Below are positions 16,495-29,200 of a stretch of DNA of 64,000 bases, in pieces. The position numbers and the translations under genes were made by a program. This DNA comes from Bacteroidia bacterium. Its GTDB lineage: Bacteria > Bacteroidota > Bacteroidia > J057 > JANWXU01. The notes beneath the pieces were generated by a model, which was not told the DNA's origin, searched no databases, and saw nothing but the letters and a program-made list of their open reading frames with translations. Location of the stretch: NCBI GenBank assembly GCA_025057395.1, contig JANWXU010000006.1:592-64591 (forward strand), given 5' to 3'. Every line of letters starts with the position of its first letter. Positions within the stretch are counted from its first letter, which is position 1.

Positions 16495-19056
16495 GTGAAT
16501 GAAAATCAAATAAGCATAAGTATTTTTTGTTTTATCATAGCGTTGGCAGTAGCTCCCTACCTTCAAGGTCAAACCCAACTTCAAGTTTTCGTATATAAAG
16601 GCTCTAAGCAGTCTCCCATTTCGCAAGCAGAAGTCACTATTCAAAATACGCCCTACAAGTGTACTACTAATGACTCAGGGTTTTGCACTATCGCCTTAAA
16701 AGCAGGCAACTACAAAGTACGCGCAAGATTTGAAGAAGAAATAACAAAATATAAGACCATTCGCATAAAAAAAGATAGCATTGCCGTAATTTATTTTGAT
16801 CTTTTAAAAGATGCTCTTCTGATAGATACATTGCAAATTATAGCTCCTAGCCCCAAAACTGAGCTTCAAGAAAAACCCTTTATGGAAACTATTCCTATTG
16901 AAACAGAGAAAATCAGAAAAATCACCTTTGTAAAGCACGACGAAAGCATTTTACAGCTCACCCCTGGAGTAGCAGGAAGTAGCGAATTTTCATCTCAATA
17001 CCGTGTACGCGGAGGTAACTACGATGAAAATTTGGTTTATATAAATGGTGTAGAAATTTATCGTCCTTTTCTAGTTCGTAGCGGACAAATGGAGGGTCTA
17101 GGCCTAATTAATTTCAACCTAGCAAGCGACGTGTCTTTTAGTACGGGTGGCTTTATGGCACGCTATGGAGATAAACTTTCCTCTGTATTAGATGTAACTT
17201 ACAGCAAACCCACTACATGGAAAGGATCGTTAGAACTAGGATTACTTACCGCCAACCTTCACTTAGAAGGATATATTCCACATAAAAAAGACTCATTGTT
17301 GCCTAGCCCCTTCTCTTTTGTAGCAGGCTTACGAAGATTCTCCACTCGTTACTTACTCAGTACTCTTGACGCTCAAGGCCAATACCTGCCAGAATTTTGG
17401 GATGGACAATTCCTCCTTCATTTTACTCCTCATTTCAAAAAACATAAACATATTCGAATTAGACAGCGGAAAGATGGAAAAATAGATACCCTATATGGCG
17501 TCAAAGACCCCTTACGTATATCAGTACTAGGAATTATTCAGCGTAATAATTTTCTCTTTCGTCCGCAATCGCGAGAAACTACTTTTGGAAGCTTTCAGGC
17601 TGGCTTACGACTATTCATTGGCTTTGAGGGGGAAGAAGCAACAAAATACATTACCAGCCAAGGTGCCCTTATTTTTGAATGGATACCTAGCCTCCGATTT
17701 AAAACTAAAACTATCATTAGTGCCGTAGCTAGCGAGGAAGCGGAGCTTTTTACCGTGGAGGGCGGTTATCGTATCTCAGATATTAGTACCAACTTTGGCA
17801 GTGACCAGTTTAATCAAGAAATTGGAGTCCGAGGAATAGGCTCAGAAATAAGACATGCCCGTAACTTTTTAGAAGTAAGAGCTCTTAGCTTATGGCACCA
17901 AAGTGAAATAAAGCTGGGCAGAAATTTTTATAAATATATCTCCGATAAAAATAAACCTTTGCATACTCTCGAATGGGGAATACGAGTACAGTATGAATAC
18001 ATTGAAGATCTACTTAAAGAATGGAACGCCTTGGATTCTGCCGATTACCTCTGGATGACTGAATCTATCAATGCCGCTAATAAAATGTATTCTCAGCGTG
18101 TTTCTGCCTACCTACAAGAAAATTGGAAAATCAACCGTTCTTTTTTCATAGTAGGAGGTATTCGAGCTAATTATTGGTCTATTAATAAAGAATTTTTTAT
18201 TACTCCTCGCTTACAAGTTGTTTATACGCCCATTCGTCAAGCCCTAGAGGGTGAAAAAAGAAAATATCAGTTTCGGGCAGCCCTAGGAGCTTACTTTCAA
18301 CCTCCTTTTTACCGAGAATTACGTGATTTTCAGGGTAGAGTTTACACACATACGCTTTCTCAAAAATCTTATCATGCTATTCTTGGTTTTGATTATATTT
18401 TTCAACTTTTCAACCGTACTTTTAAAGTATTCACAGAAGTCTATTATAAGCATTTATTTGATATTCTCCCTTATCAAATTGATAATGTTCGAATTCGATA
18501 TTTTCCTGAAGATAGTACAGGCTCTTTGCGCGGAGTAGGTTATGCTTATGGTTGGGATTTTCGCATTAATGGACAATTTATCAAAGACATCGATTCTTGG
18601 TTTAGCATTTCTCTATTGCGTACTCGGGAAAATGTTCCTAACGATGGTCAAGGATTTATCCGCCGCCCTACCGACCAACTGGTAATGTTTAATTTTTATT
18701 TTCAGGACGAAGTACCCAAAATACCAAGTATTAAGGCACACATGAATTTTATTTTTGCAAGCGGACTTCCTTTTGGTCCTCCGGCTTCTTACCAAGCAAG
18801 AACTCTATTGAATGCGCCGTATTATTTAAGGGTAGATTTAGGAGTAAGTAAAGAATTTATTTTCGAGAAAAAATTAAGGATTATCAAAAATTGGAAGATT
18901 TACTCCCTATGGTTAGGACTAGAAGTATTCAATTTATTTGGAAGAGCCAATACTGTTTCTTTTCAATGGGTGCGCGATTTTGACCAAATTTTTTACGCCG
19001 TACCTAACTATTTATCTGCACGCTTACTTAATTTGAGAATAATCGCACGATTTTAA
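16495..19056 (+). CDS. TonB-dependent outer-membrane receptor with N-terminal carboxypeptidase-regulatory-like domain
   Basis: Signal peptide, plug motif 'YRVRGGNYDENLVYING', 'GGFMARYGDKLSSVLD', C-terminal Phe; GTG at 16495 preferred over the track start at 16456, which overlaps rpe. Confidence 0.88.
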   Translation: MNENQISISIFCFIIALAVAPYLQGQTQLQVFVYKGSKQSPISQAEVTIQNTPYKCTTNDSGFCTIALKAGNYKVRARFEEEITKYKTIRIKKDSIAVIYFDLLKDALLIDTLQIIAPSPKTELQEKPFMETIPIETEKIRKITFVKHDESILQLTPGVAGSSEFSSQYRVRGGNYDENLVYINGVEIYRPFLVRSGQMEGLGLINFNLASDVSFSTGGFMARYGDKLSSVLDVTYSKPTTWKGSLELGLLTANLHLEGYIPHKKDSLLPSPFSFVAGLRRFSTRYLLSTLDAQGQYLPEFWDGQFLLHFTPHFKKHKHIRIRQRKDGKIDTLYGVKDPLRISVLGIIQRNNFLFRPQSRETTFGSFQAGLRLFIGFEGEEATKYITSQGALIFEWIPSLRFKTKTIISAVASEEAELFTVEGGYRISDISTNFGSDQFNQEIGVRGIGSEIRHARNFLEVRALSLWHQSEIKLGRNFYKYISDKNKPLHTLEWGIRVQYEYIEDLLKEWNALDSADYLWMTESINAANKMYSQRVSAYLQENWKINRSFFIVGGIRANYWSINKEFFITPRLQVVYTPIRQALEGEKRKYQFRAALGAYFQPPFYRELRDFQGRVYTHTLSQKSYHAILGFDYIFQLFNRTFKVFTEVYYKHLFDILPYQIDNVRIRYFPEDSTGSLRGVGYAYGWDFRINGQFIKDIDSWFSISLLRTRENVPNDGQGFIRRPTDQLVMFNFYFQDEVPKIPSIKAHMNFIFASGLPFGPPASYQARTLLNAPYYLRVDLGVSKEFIFEKKLRIIKNWKIYSLWLGLEVFNLFGRANTVSFQWVRDFDQIFYAVPNYLSARLLNLRIIARF

Positions 19057-19095
19057 TTATTTTAACGTAATTAATTGTAGCTTTCATAAATACGT

Positions 19096-20160
19096 ATGGC
19101 CCTAAAATTTTATCCTTTAGAAGTCAAAGAAATTATACACGAAACAGACGAAGCCTATACTATAAAATTCGATAAGCCTAATTTAGAGGTCTTTCAATAC
19201 TTGCCTGGGCAATACATTACTGTAAAAGTTGAAATTGGGGGCGAAAAACTTAAAAGAGCATTCTCCTTATCCAGTTCTCCCTATACTGATAACTTCTTAT
19301 CTATTACTATCAAGGCAATTCCGGGTGGCAAAGTATCGAATTATCTACAAAAATACCTCCAAGTAGGAGATACTTTAGAAGTTTATCCCCCCTTAGGAAA
19401 CTTTACTGTAAAACCCGCAGCTTGCAATGGCAAACATTATCTTTTAATAGGCGGAGGCAGTGGTATTACGCCCCTAATGTCTATTCTTAAAAGCGTTTTA
19501 GAAGTAGAACCTGGTAGTAGAGTTACCTTATTATACGGTAACCGAGATGAAAAATCAATTATATTTAAACAAGCTCTGGAAAATATCGCAGAACACAATG
19601 ACCGCCTTGAGCTTATTCATGTCCTTTCGCAACCCTCTGAACGCTGGACAGGTTTAAAAGGACGTATCGAGGGAGAACTTCTCTTAAATATTATACAAGA
19701 CGTACAAAGAAAAGCCCAAAAACCTATTGAATATTATCTCTGCGGTCCAGCAGGAATGATGGCAACCGTGGAATCAACATTAAAAAAATTAGGAGTTGAC
19801 GAAAAAAATATTCATAAAGAACATTACTCTGCTCTTCCAGCTATTGAAGAAGAAAAACAAGAAGAAGAAGTATCCTACGAAATTATTACCCGAGACGTAA
19901 AAGTAATTTTGGAAGGAAAAACTTACACCGTTACAGTTCCTGCTGGTGAATCTATACTAGATGCCGCAATTGCTCAAGACTTGGACCCCCCCTATGCCTG
20001 CCAAGAGGGAGTTTGTTCCACTTGCCGTGCCAAATTACATAGTGGTCTAGTACAAATGCAAGCAAGAGACGGCCTCTCGGACGAAGAGCTACAGGCTAAT
20101 TACATTCTTACTTGTCAATCTTACCCCCTAACAGATGACGTAGTAATAGAGTTTGCATAA
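19096..20160 (+). CDS. FAD/NAD-binding ferredoxin reductase with C-terminal 2Fe-2S domain (PaaE-like)
   Basis: RAFSLSS, GGKVSNYL, GGSGITP, YLCGPAGM, CQEGVCSTC...LTCQ. Confidence 0.92.
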   Translation: MALKFYPLEVKEIIHETDEAYTIKFDKPNLEVFQYLPGQYITVKVEIGGEKLKRAFSLSSSPYTDNFLSITIKAIPGGKVSNYLQKYLQVGDTLEVYPPLGNFTVKPAACNGKHYLLIGGGSGITPLMSILKSVLEVEPGSRVTLLYGNRDEKSIIFKQALENIAEHNDRLELIHVLSQPSERWTGLKGRIEGELLLNIIQDVQRKAQKPIEYYLCGPAGMMATVESTLKKLGVDEKNIHKEHYSALPAIEEEKQEEEVSYEIITRDVKVILEGKTYTVTVPAGESILDAAIAQDLDPPYACQEGVCSTCRAKLHSGLVQMQARDGLSDEELQANYILTCQSYPLTDDVVIEFA

Positions 20161-20214
20161 ATTGCTTCAGTCACAATACCCGTATTTATCTTCTCAAGTC
20201 AATTGAACAAAATA

Positions 20215-20259
20215 ATAAATCCTACTTTCTCTTATGAAAACAGAGAAAGTAGGATTTAT
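20215..20259. terminator. Bidirectional terminator hairpin
   Basis: Perfect 17-bp inverted repeat ATAAATCCTACTTTCTC / GAGAAAGTAGGATTTAT between convergent genes. Confidence 0.8.
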
Positions 20260-20270
20260 GCTAAAATCTA

Positions 20271-23200
20271 CTACTCTATAATTACCTTAGCTCGAATTGC
20301 ATCCTCTTCTGATTCTAAGCTAAGGAGATAAATTCCTTTAGCAAGATGTGAAACATCAACTAAAGTTTCTACATTTTCTATCAATACCTCTTTCTGTAAA
20401 AGAAGTCTACCCTGCATATCCCAGAGCTTAAGCTTTGTACTCTTGGGTCCATTGCCTTGAAAACGAATATAGACTAAGCCTGCGCTAGGATTAGGATAGA
20501 GTATAAAATCAACACCAGAAGAAGTTTCTTCCCTAGCTACTCTTTGTACAAAATTTACTACACTACTCCATTGCCCTAATGTACCTTGCCGAATAGAGCA
20601 AGTCGTGCAGTTGGCACGTACCCTTACCCCGTAAATGCCATTAGGTAAGAGACCCGTAAGTTGTATTCCTTGCTGGGGATGAGGTATAAGTACCTCTTGC
20701 CATCTTTCAGTTGGTTCATTGAGCAAGCCATATGAAAGTACGTAGCAAACTATACCCGGACTTAACCCTTGAAAATTTACACTAGCCTCGCTTGCACTAC
20801 GCACAGTTACTTGTAAATTTCCAGCAATGCAACTCCGCTCATTATTATTGCTAGCTGCTGTAGTAAATATTGCTGCTTCTCCAAAATTAGCGGCTCCATA
20901 AAAGCATATGGGCGCTACACTTACTTCATAGGTTGTAGCAGCTGACAAATTAGTAAGCACTAAATTCGTAGTAGTTACCTCTAGGTGAGTATAATTTTCT
21001 TGGCCAATAGCACGATATCGCACCCTATATCTTGAGGTTCCTGCTACTACTGGCCAACTAATTTGAGCGCGGCTTGCCTCAATGGATGTAATAGTAACTA
21101 AAGGCATAGTCCAACCCTCAGGCACTATTATTACTTCAGAACTGCTGCATCCATTATCAATATCTATAACATTTAAGAAATAAGACCCTGGTGCTAAGCC
21201 ACTAAAATTACCATGGTTTTGTTGAATAGTTCCTAAGCGGTAAAGATAGCTACCACTTCCTCCTCTCACCTGAACATTTACCTGCCCCCCTCCATCACAC
21301 AAGGCTGCTCGAACTTGGGTAGTAAGTACCAAATTACTACCCACACGTAAGGCAATTGGTATACGTCGCCCTTCGCAAAGCCCATTAGCGCCACTCACAT
21401 AGTAAGTGGTGGTAGTAGATAGAAAAGGCGTCTCTAAACGAGGCTCTCTACTATCTGCAAGGGGCTCTCCTCCAACAGGCTGGCTATAAAGGCGATAGCT
21501 CTTAGCATTACCATTGATAGTGATAGTAAACACGCCTGGGCTGCAGCGCGGGGCAGCTGTAGCTGCTAAAGGTTCAACTTCTGGCTCAATTTCTACAGTT
21601 ACAGGTGCTCGCATCGATTCACAACCATTCACCACCCAAGCAGCAAAGTAATTTTGAGTTTGATTCACAAACGGTATCTCAATCGAAAAAGGAGAACCCG
21701 TTTCTCCTACCCAATTACCCTGACCATCATAAAGACGCAAAAGAAAAGAATTATTATTACCCTCCGGAGAAGGAGCGCTAATAGTTACTACTCCAGCTCC
21801 ACAACGAGTAATATTCCTTAGCTGGGGCGGGGTCAGCTGAGTAAACACCCTAATAGGTAAATTTATTCTTGGAGACTCACATCCTTGCTTCCAGCTGCTT
21901 ACACTAAAGCTGGTATTACCCCCTACATTCACCCTAGCGGCATAAGGTGGATTACTAGACCTTGCCACTTCTTGGCCCTGAGCATCATAATAGCGTACCT
22001 CATCTACCATACCCGCTACACTTGCTGTCAGCGTAACTATACCCGTGCTACAGACAGTTATGGGTTCAACAATAGGGGCAGAAGGAACCAAATTCACTAC
22101 TACACGTATAGCTCGTGCTTCACTCAAACAATTACCATTTCTAGCTCGAATATAATATGTTGCACTAGTACTTATTCTTCCCCCCTCTAGGGTATAAGGA
22201 GGAATTGTAGCAACATCAACTAATTGATTATTACTATCATAAAGCAATATTTCATTTCCTATGGGTGTGCCCATTGTTGCAGTAAAACGAACCAAGCCGC
22301 CACCACAAAAATTTAAATTCTCCGCAAAAGGAGTAGCAGGCAAAACTCCTATTTGGGCAACTGCAATTGCTCTAGGACTTTCGCAGCTACCCTCTACCGA
22401 ACTAACATAAAAACTAGTAGTAGTAGTCAAATTAAAAGTAAAATTAACCACACCACTCGCACTACTAGCAACTACATCACCGCCTTGCAGAGAATTATAT
22501 ACTCGAATACTTTCTCCCCCCAAAGTTTGTACAGTTAAAGATACTAATCCAGCACCGCAACGACTGACACTTTCTACTCTAGGTAGCGGCGGAATAGGCA
22601 GAATAGAAATTACTACTGGCCTTCGTTCACTTTCACAGTTAGCAGTAAAACCTGATAAATAATAAGTTGTAGTACGGTTCAAAATACCTGTTACTAATTG
22701 CACATTCACACTACCTGGTGCTACTACCTGAGCAAATCCGCCACTAGAACTTTCATAAAGACGAATTTCCTCTGCTCCTTGGCTACTTACCGTAAGTGTA
22801 ACCGCACCACTACCACAACGACTTACATTATTCACTTCTACTTGTGAAGGCAACGATAATATATTTACACTAACCATCTGTCGGCTACTTCTACAATTTC
22901 CATTTACGCTGCTTACATAGTATAAAGTACTGCTGCTTACAAAGGGTATACTTAATACACCCCTATTTCCTACTATTACTCCTATTAGTTGCCCGCCACT
23001 AGGGGTATTATAAACCTCTATTCTTTCAGCATTGGTACTCGAGCTAATGCTTAAGCTTACACTTCCCGCTCCACAACGACTAACCGGAGAAACAATTGGT
23101 AAAGAAGGAATTTCCGTAACATTTACCCTCACGGCTACTCTTGGACTTTCACAAATGCCGCTTACAGAGGCTAAATAAAAAGTAGTAGTACTATTTAGTA

Positions 23201-26200
23201 CTGGAGTGTTAATAAATACAATCCTACCCCTACCGCTCGTCAATTCTACTCCTCCTGCTTCTTGGCTGTAAAGGCGAACCTCACTACCACTTTCATTATA
23301 TACAGTAAGTGTTACACTACCCACACCACATCGATTAGCATTTTCGGCTATGGGCAACATAGGAACAGACTCGATTTCTACCACTGCCGGAATGCGTTCT
23401 CCTATACACCCCGTTTGCGAAGAAAAGGGTTCTAGATAATAAGTTTGAGTTTGGAGAGTAAAAGGTGTTGTTAATTCATAGGGAAAAATATTATCGCTCC
23501 ATAAGGTTTCTCCTCCTGTGGGTAAAGCATATAGCCTTACAGCATCCCCTAGGCCTGTACTCAAAAAAGCTGTAAAAGTTACGCTACCAGCTCCACATCG
23601 AACAATGCGACTTACAGGAGCTAAAGCCGGTACAGCATGAATTTGTGCCACAGCAGCTGTACGAGCCGAGCGGCATCCAGTTCTTTTATCTTCTGCCTCA
23701 AAATACCAGGTTGTATTGGTAGTTAACAGTGGAGTTTGCAATTCATAAGGGGGTGCATCATCAAAAGCGTCTGCCGTGGTGCCCGTAGCTAAAGAATAAG
23801 CGCGCATCACATACTCACTAGTACCTACGGCTATTACTGTAAAACTTATTCTCCCTATTCCGCATCGACTAGAATTATTTACTACAGGCGGCGGAGGTAA
23901 AGATAAAGCCGAAACATTTACCGCTACCCGCTCACTTTCACACCCTGAGCTTCTGTTTCGAAAAGCTATATAGTAAATAACACCTTCTGTAGTAATCGAC
24001 GGAATAGTTAACTGCGCAGGATTACCTAAGCTTTCTGCAAGCGCCTGACCACCCCTACTTGTACTATAAAGTAAAACCTGATTTCCCTGAAAATTACTTA
24101 TTGTCAAAGTAATACTACCCTGCCCGCACCGCCTAAAACTAGTACTTTCAAGTATAGGTTGGGGCGGAATTCTTTCTATATTTGCTGTAGCAGCAATTCT
24201 ACTACTTGTACAACCTGTCTTAGCATCATAACTTTCTAAATAAAAAGTTTGATCACTGGTAACATTTACTTTAAGCTCATAAGGAAAAGATTCGTCTTCG
24301 GCTAATAAATTATCACCAATAGGTTGGGCAAATAAACGAATGCTTGTTCCTAAGGGAAAAGACATATGGGCAGTAAAAGTTACTTCTCCTACACCACAAC
24401 GCCGAATATCATTCACCCGAGGTAGCCCAGGAATAGAATGAATTACTACTTCTATATTTGTACTATTACTCTCACAATTTTGAAGTACACTTCGAAGAGA
24501 ATACGTGGCCGTAGTTTCTAAAGAGGGAGTTTCTAAAATAAAAGGACTAGAACTAGCTTCAGCTATAAAGTTACCATTCCTATCATAAAGCCGAACGCCA
24601 TGTACATTTTCCACTACATTAGCTGTGATATGTACCTTTCCTGCTCCGCACCGACTTAAATTTGCTACAGCAGTAGGAGGTGAAGGAAGCCTTCGTATTT
24701 CCGCCTTAGCTTCTATGCGTTCACTTTCACAGCCTGTAGTTTGGTCTTGGATGCTCACATAGTAAGTGGTAGTTGTATTAAAATATAAAGGCACTACAAA
24801 AGGAAAGTTACTTTCTTGCGCAATAACTTCTCCACCGCTTGGAGCGTTATAAATACGTACAGTTTGTCCTGTTGCTACACCCCGTACCGTGAAACTTATA
24901 TTTCCTGGGCCGCATCTAAACACAGGATCAACCTGGGGCAAAGCAGGAATTTCATGCACAGTGGCTTGTACAAAAATACGAGAACTCTCACAACCACTAT
25001 TAGCAGCAACACTGCTAATACCAAAAGTTTGATTTCTGGTAATGATAGGAGTTGTTAATTCAAATGGTGCACGAAAAGTACTACTTATCCAATTTCCATT
25101 TTCGTCATATAGTCTTACTTCTCTTACAGGTACTTGCCCAGCAGATACACTAAAAGTTACAGCTCCAGCTCCACAACGCTGTACCGAATTTACCAAAGGC
25201 TGCGCCGGAATCGCAAGTATTTGCACTGGCACAGCTACTCGAGCACTACTGCAACCAGTTGCTACATTGTAGCTTTGTACAAAAAAGGTTGTAGTAGAAC
25301 TTATGCTAGGAGTTACTAGCTCGTAAGGCCAACTATCGTCCTTAGCTAGTGGATTACCCCCTTGCCCTGTAGCGTAGAGAAGTACACCACTAGTACCCCC
25401 ACCTACAGCATGCACGCTTAAAGTTACACTTCCTTCCCCACATCGACTTGCCCCCAAAGCATTAGGGCGCGGCAAAGGCGGATTTACAATAGCTATTGCT
25501 ACTACACGCGCACTACTACAGCCCGTAATACTATTGACTACCTGAACATAGTAAGAAGTAGTTTGTAAAACACTAGGAGTTGTAAGGCGAAAAGGTGGCG
25601 TGCTAGCAGAAGCTAGTAAAACTCCTCCTACAGAAGTAGAATATAATTGAACCTCCGTGCCTTCAATTTCTCCCATTTGTATACTAAAGGTAACAGGCCC
25701 ACTTTCGCAGCGGCTAACACTACTCACTAATGGAGCACTAGGAATAGGATGAATATTTATAACAACAGGTACCCTTACACTTTCGCAACCGTTTATATCT
25801 CGACTTGCCAAGTAGTAAGTGGTACTTTGGTTCAAACTGGGCGTAACCAGATGATAGGGTGCTTGATCACTTTGCGCTATGATACTTCCACCCACCATAG
25901 CATTATAAAGTAAAATTTCTCTTCCCGCTGGCGTACCCATTTGAACTGTAATAGTTACACTTCCAGAGCCACAGCGCCCTATTTCACCAGCTGCAATTGG
26001 AATCCCTGGTAGAACCTGAGAAGGGTTTACTATGGCACTTACAGGGATGCGATGGCTGCTACAACCCGTTACAATATCATGACTTTCTAAATAAAATACT
26101 GTTGTGGTACTTACTTGCGGAGAAGCTAAAATATAGGGTGCAACGCTACTACTTGCAATTGGAAATCCACCACTAGGAATAGTATATAGGCGTATTTCAC

Positions 26201-29200
26201 TACCTGCAGGATTCCCCATGCGAACTGTAAAATTTACAGTACCACTATTACCGCAGACCCCACGATTCGAACTTATGGGTGCACCAGGTATAGCAAAAAC
26301 TTTAACTTCCACCTCTACTCTGGGACTTTCACACTTCGAATTTGCATGATAAGCACTTATAAAATAACGAGTTGTAGTATTCAAAAAGCCTGTTCGAAAT
26401 TCATATGGAGGAGTAAGAATTGCTAAAGGAATTTCTTCTGTTCGATTAGGGTATATACGCATCTCTGTGCCACTAGGCACCCCCATAGAACCTGTTAAAG
26501 TAACTACTCCTGGACCGCACCGACTAGCAGAACTCATAAAGGGTATACCAGGCGCAGCTACCACTTGGGCTATCACTTGCCGACGTGGACCTTCACAACC
26601 TGTTAAACTACTAAATTGAGATATATAAAAGGTAGTAGTTCTTTCTAGCAAAGGGGTCTGCAATACTCCCTCACTACCAGCAATTACTTGGATAGGTAAA
26701 TCACCAGCAGATTGCGTATAAAGTCGTAGCTCTGTACCTTGAGGAGCTAAAGCCTGAGCTGTAAAAGCAATAACACCGCGACCACAACGAGCTACATTAT
26801 TACTTTCCACTTCTCCGGGTGGAGTAGTATGAATAGTGACTACTACTGGTACACGAATACTTTGACAGTTATTTTCACTAGCTCTGCTACTCAAATAAAA
26901 AGTAGTAGTAGTTTGCACAAAAGCAAGATTTAGCACAAAAGGAGGTGTAAAACTTTGAATAATAGGAACTTCCTCCTCGGGTGAAGTATAAAGTGCTACG
27001 CTATTGCCGCTTTGGGGGGTCATTTGCGGGCTAATCGATACCCCCCCTGCTCCACAGCGCCCTACTGCACTCACCACTGGAGCTGTAGGAGATAAAAGAA
27101 TAGTAGCCTCCAAAGGTACTTTAGGCCCTAGGCAACCTGTTTGTATACTAAATCCTGCAAAATAAAATGTTCGTGTTTGGTTTAATACTGGCGTTGTTAG
27201 TTGCGCTGTACTTCCAGAGCCTACCACTATTGGTGAAAAACTAGCCTGATCTTCAAACATTTGTATTTCGGTACTCCCTGGAGCTATTATACTGAAGGTT
27301 ACCACCCCACTGCCGCAACGCCTTACTGAACTGCCTAGTACTGCTGAGGGAGCCTCTAAAATGTTTACTAATACAGGTACACGCTGCGAAGTACACCCTG
27401 TCCCCTGCTGAAAACTTTCTATATAAAAAAGCTGACTTTGCTGAACATTTTCCAAAGTGAACAAAGCTGGATTTTGACTAGTTTGGGCAATAGGCACTCC
27501 TCCTGTAAGTAAAGTATATAAACGTACACCAGAAACCTCCGGAGTATACAAAGCAGTTATAGTAACGCTTCCTGGACCGCAACGACTAATATCATTACTT
27601 TGCGGAAGTGCCAGTGGCGGCAATACGGTCAAAGCAACAGGAGTTCTACTGCTTTCACAATTATTATTATCAAATAGAGCTACATAATAAGTACTGCTAG
27701 TACTAATAGCTAGTGTGAATATATAAGGACTAAAAGTACGACTTTGTAAAGGAAGACCGCCACTAGGCTCACTATAAAGGCGAACTTCGCCTCCAGTTGT
27801 TACACCGGTAACACTAATTTCCACTAAACCTGCACCGCACCTTTGAATAGGCAGAGCATTTACACTATGGGGCAATTCTCGAACTTCTACTAGCACAGGC
27901 ACACGGCCACTAGAGCAATTGCCTGATAAGTCATAACTTTCTATAAAAAGGGTAGTACTGGTACTTAAGCCAGTACTTAGCAAATAAGGAGCCTCATTGC
28001 GACTATCTAGCATTTGCCCCCCTTCTGCCGCGCTCCAAAGTCTTACTCCTAAGCCCGAGCCGCTTACTTGCACTGTTAAAGTAACCACACCACTTCCACA
28101 TCGAACTATATTTTGTGAAATTGGAGGCACGGGTATAGGATGAACTTTTGCTACAATAGGCTGCCTTCCACTACTACAGCTTGTGGCCGTATTTTGTAAT
28201 TCTACAAAAAAAGTAGTAGTAGTAGAAACATCCGCAGTCAAGACATAAGGCGAAGTATTACGCACAACCAAAGGCGAGCCGCCACTTGCTTGAGTATATA
28301 AATAAGCCACGTCTCCTTGTTGAGCATTATGAATAGTAAAACTAACTTCCCCTGCTCCACAGCGGCGTACTTCTGAGCCACCTATATTAATAGTTGCTGC
28401 CTGACTTACAAAAGCTCTTACTGGCAAGCGAGGAGAAGTACACCCATTAGCAGGTTCAATATTTTCTATATAAAAAGTTTGAGTTTGAGTAAGGAGTGGC
28501 GTTATAAGGGTATAAGGCGCAGTATCATCTAATGCAATAGGCTGTCCTCCTGTAGCCTCTGTATATAAACGAACCTGACTCCCCGAAGGATTCCCCAAAG
28601 CTACTGTGAATGTTACAGCACCTGTGCCACACCGAGTAACATCAACGCTGCTTACTTGCCCTAAGCTGCTACTAAGAGTAACAGTAGCCAAAACACGGCT
28701 GCTTTCACAAGTAGTTTGAGTATTACGTTGGCTAAAGTAGTAATTAGCACTTTGAATAGCCGAAACTCTTATTTCAAAAGGCGCAGAAGTAATACTTACT
28801 AAATTTCCTCCCTGCGGCGCATCGTACATAAGGACTTCATTTTCAGTTACTCCTGTTACTGTAAAAGTAACTACTCCCGGACCGCAACGGCTTACATTTT
28901 GCACCGTTACATTAGGTAAGTTTTGCAAAAACACCCTTGCTACTACTTCTATAGCATTACTTCGGCAGAAAGAATCTTCACTTACTATATAATAAGTAGT
29001 ATGAGTGGTTAAAGAAGAAGTAGTAAGCTCAAAAGGAAATAGGCTATCGCTAGCTACAGCAATAGGAGCATTGAGCGAGCTATACATTCGATAAAGTTGC
29101 TTACTAGTAAAATTATCAATTACTGTAAACGTAACAGAGCCGCTTCCACATCGAGTTACTACGCTTTCTTGCAAAATAGGAGGAGTAGGCAAATTACGGT

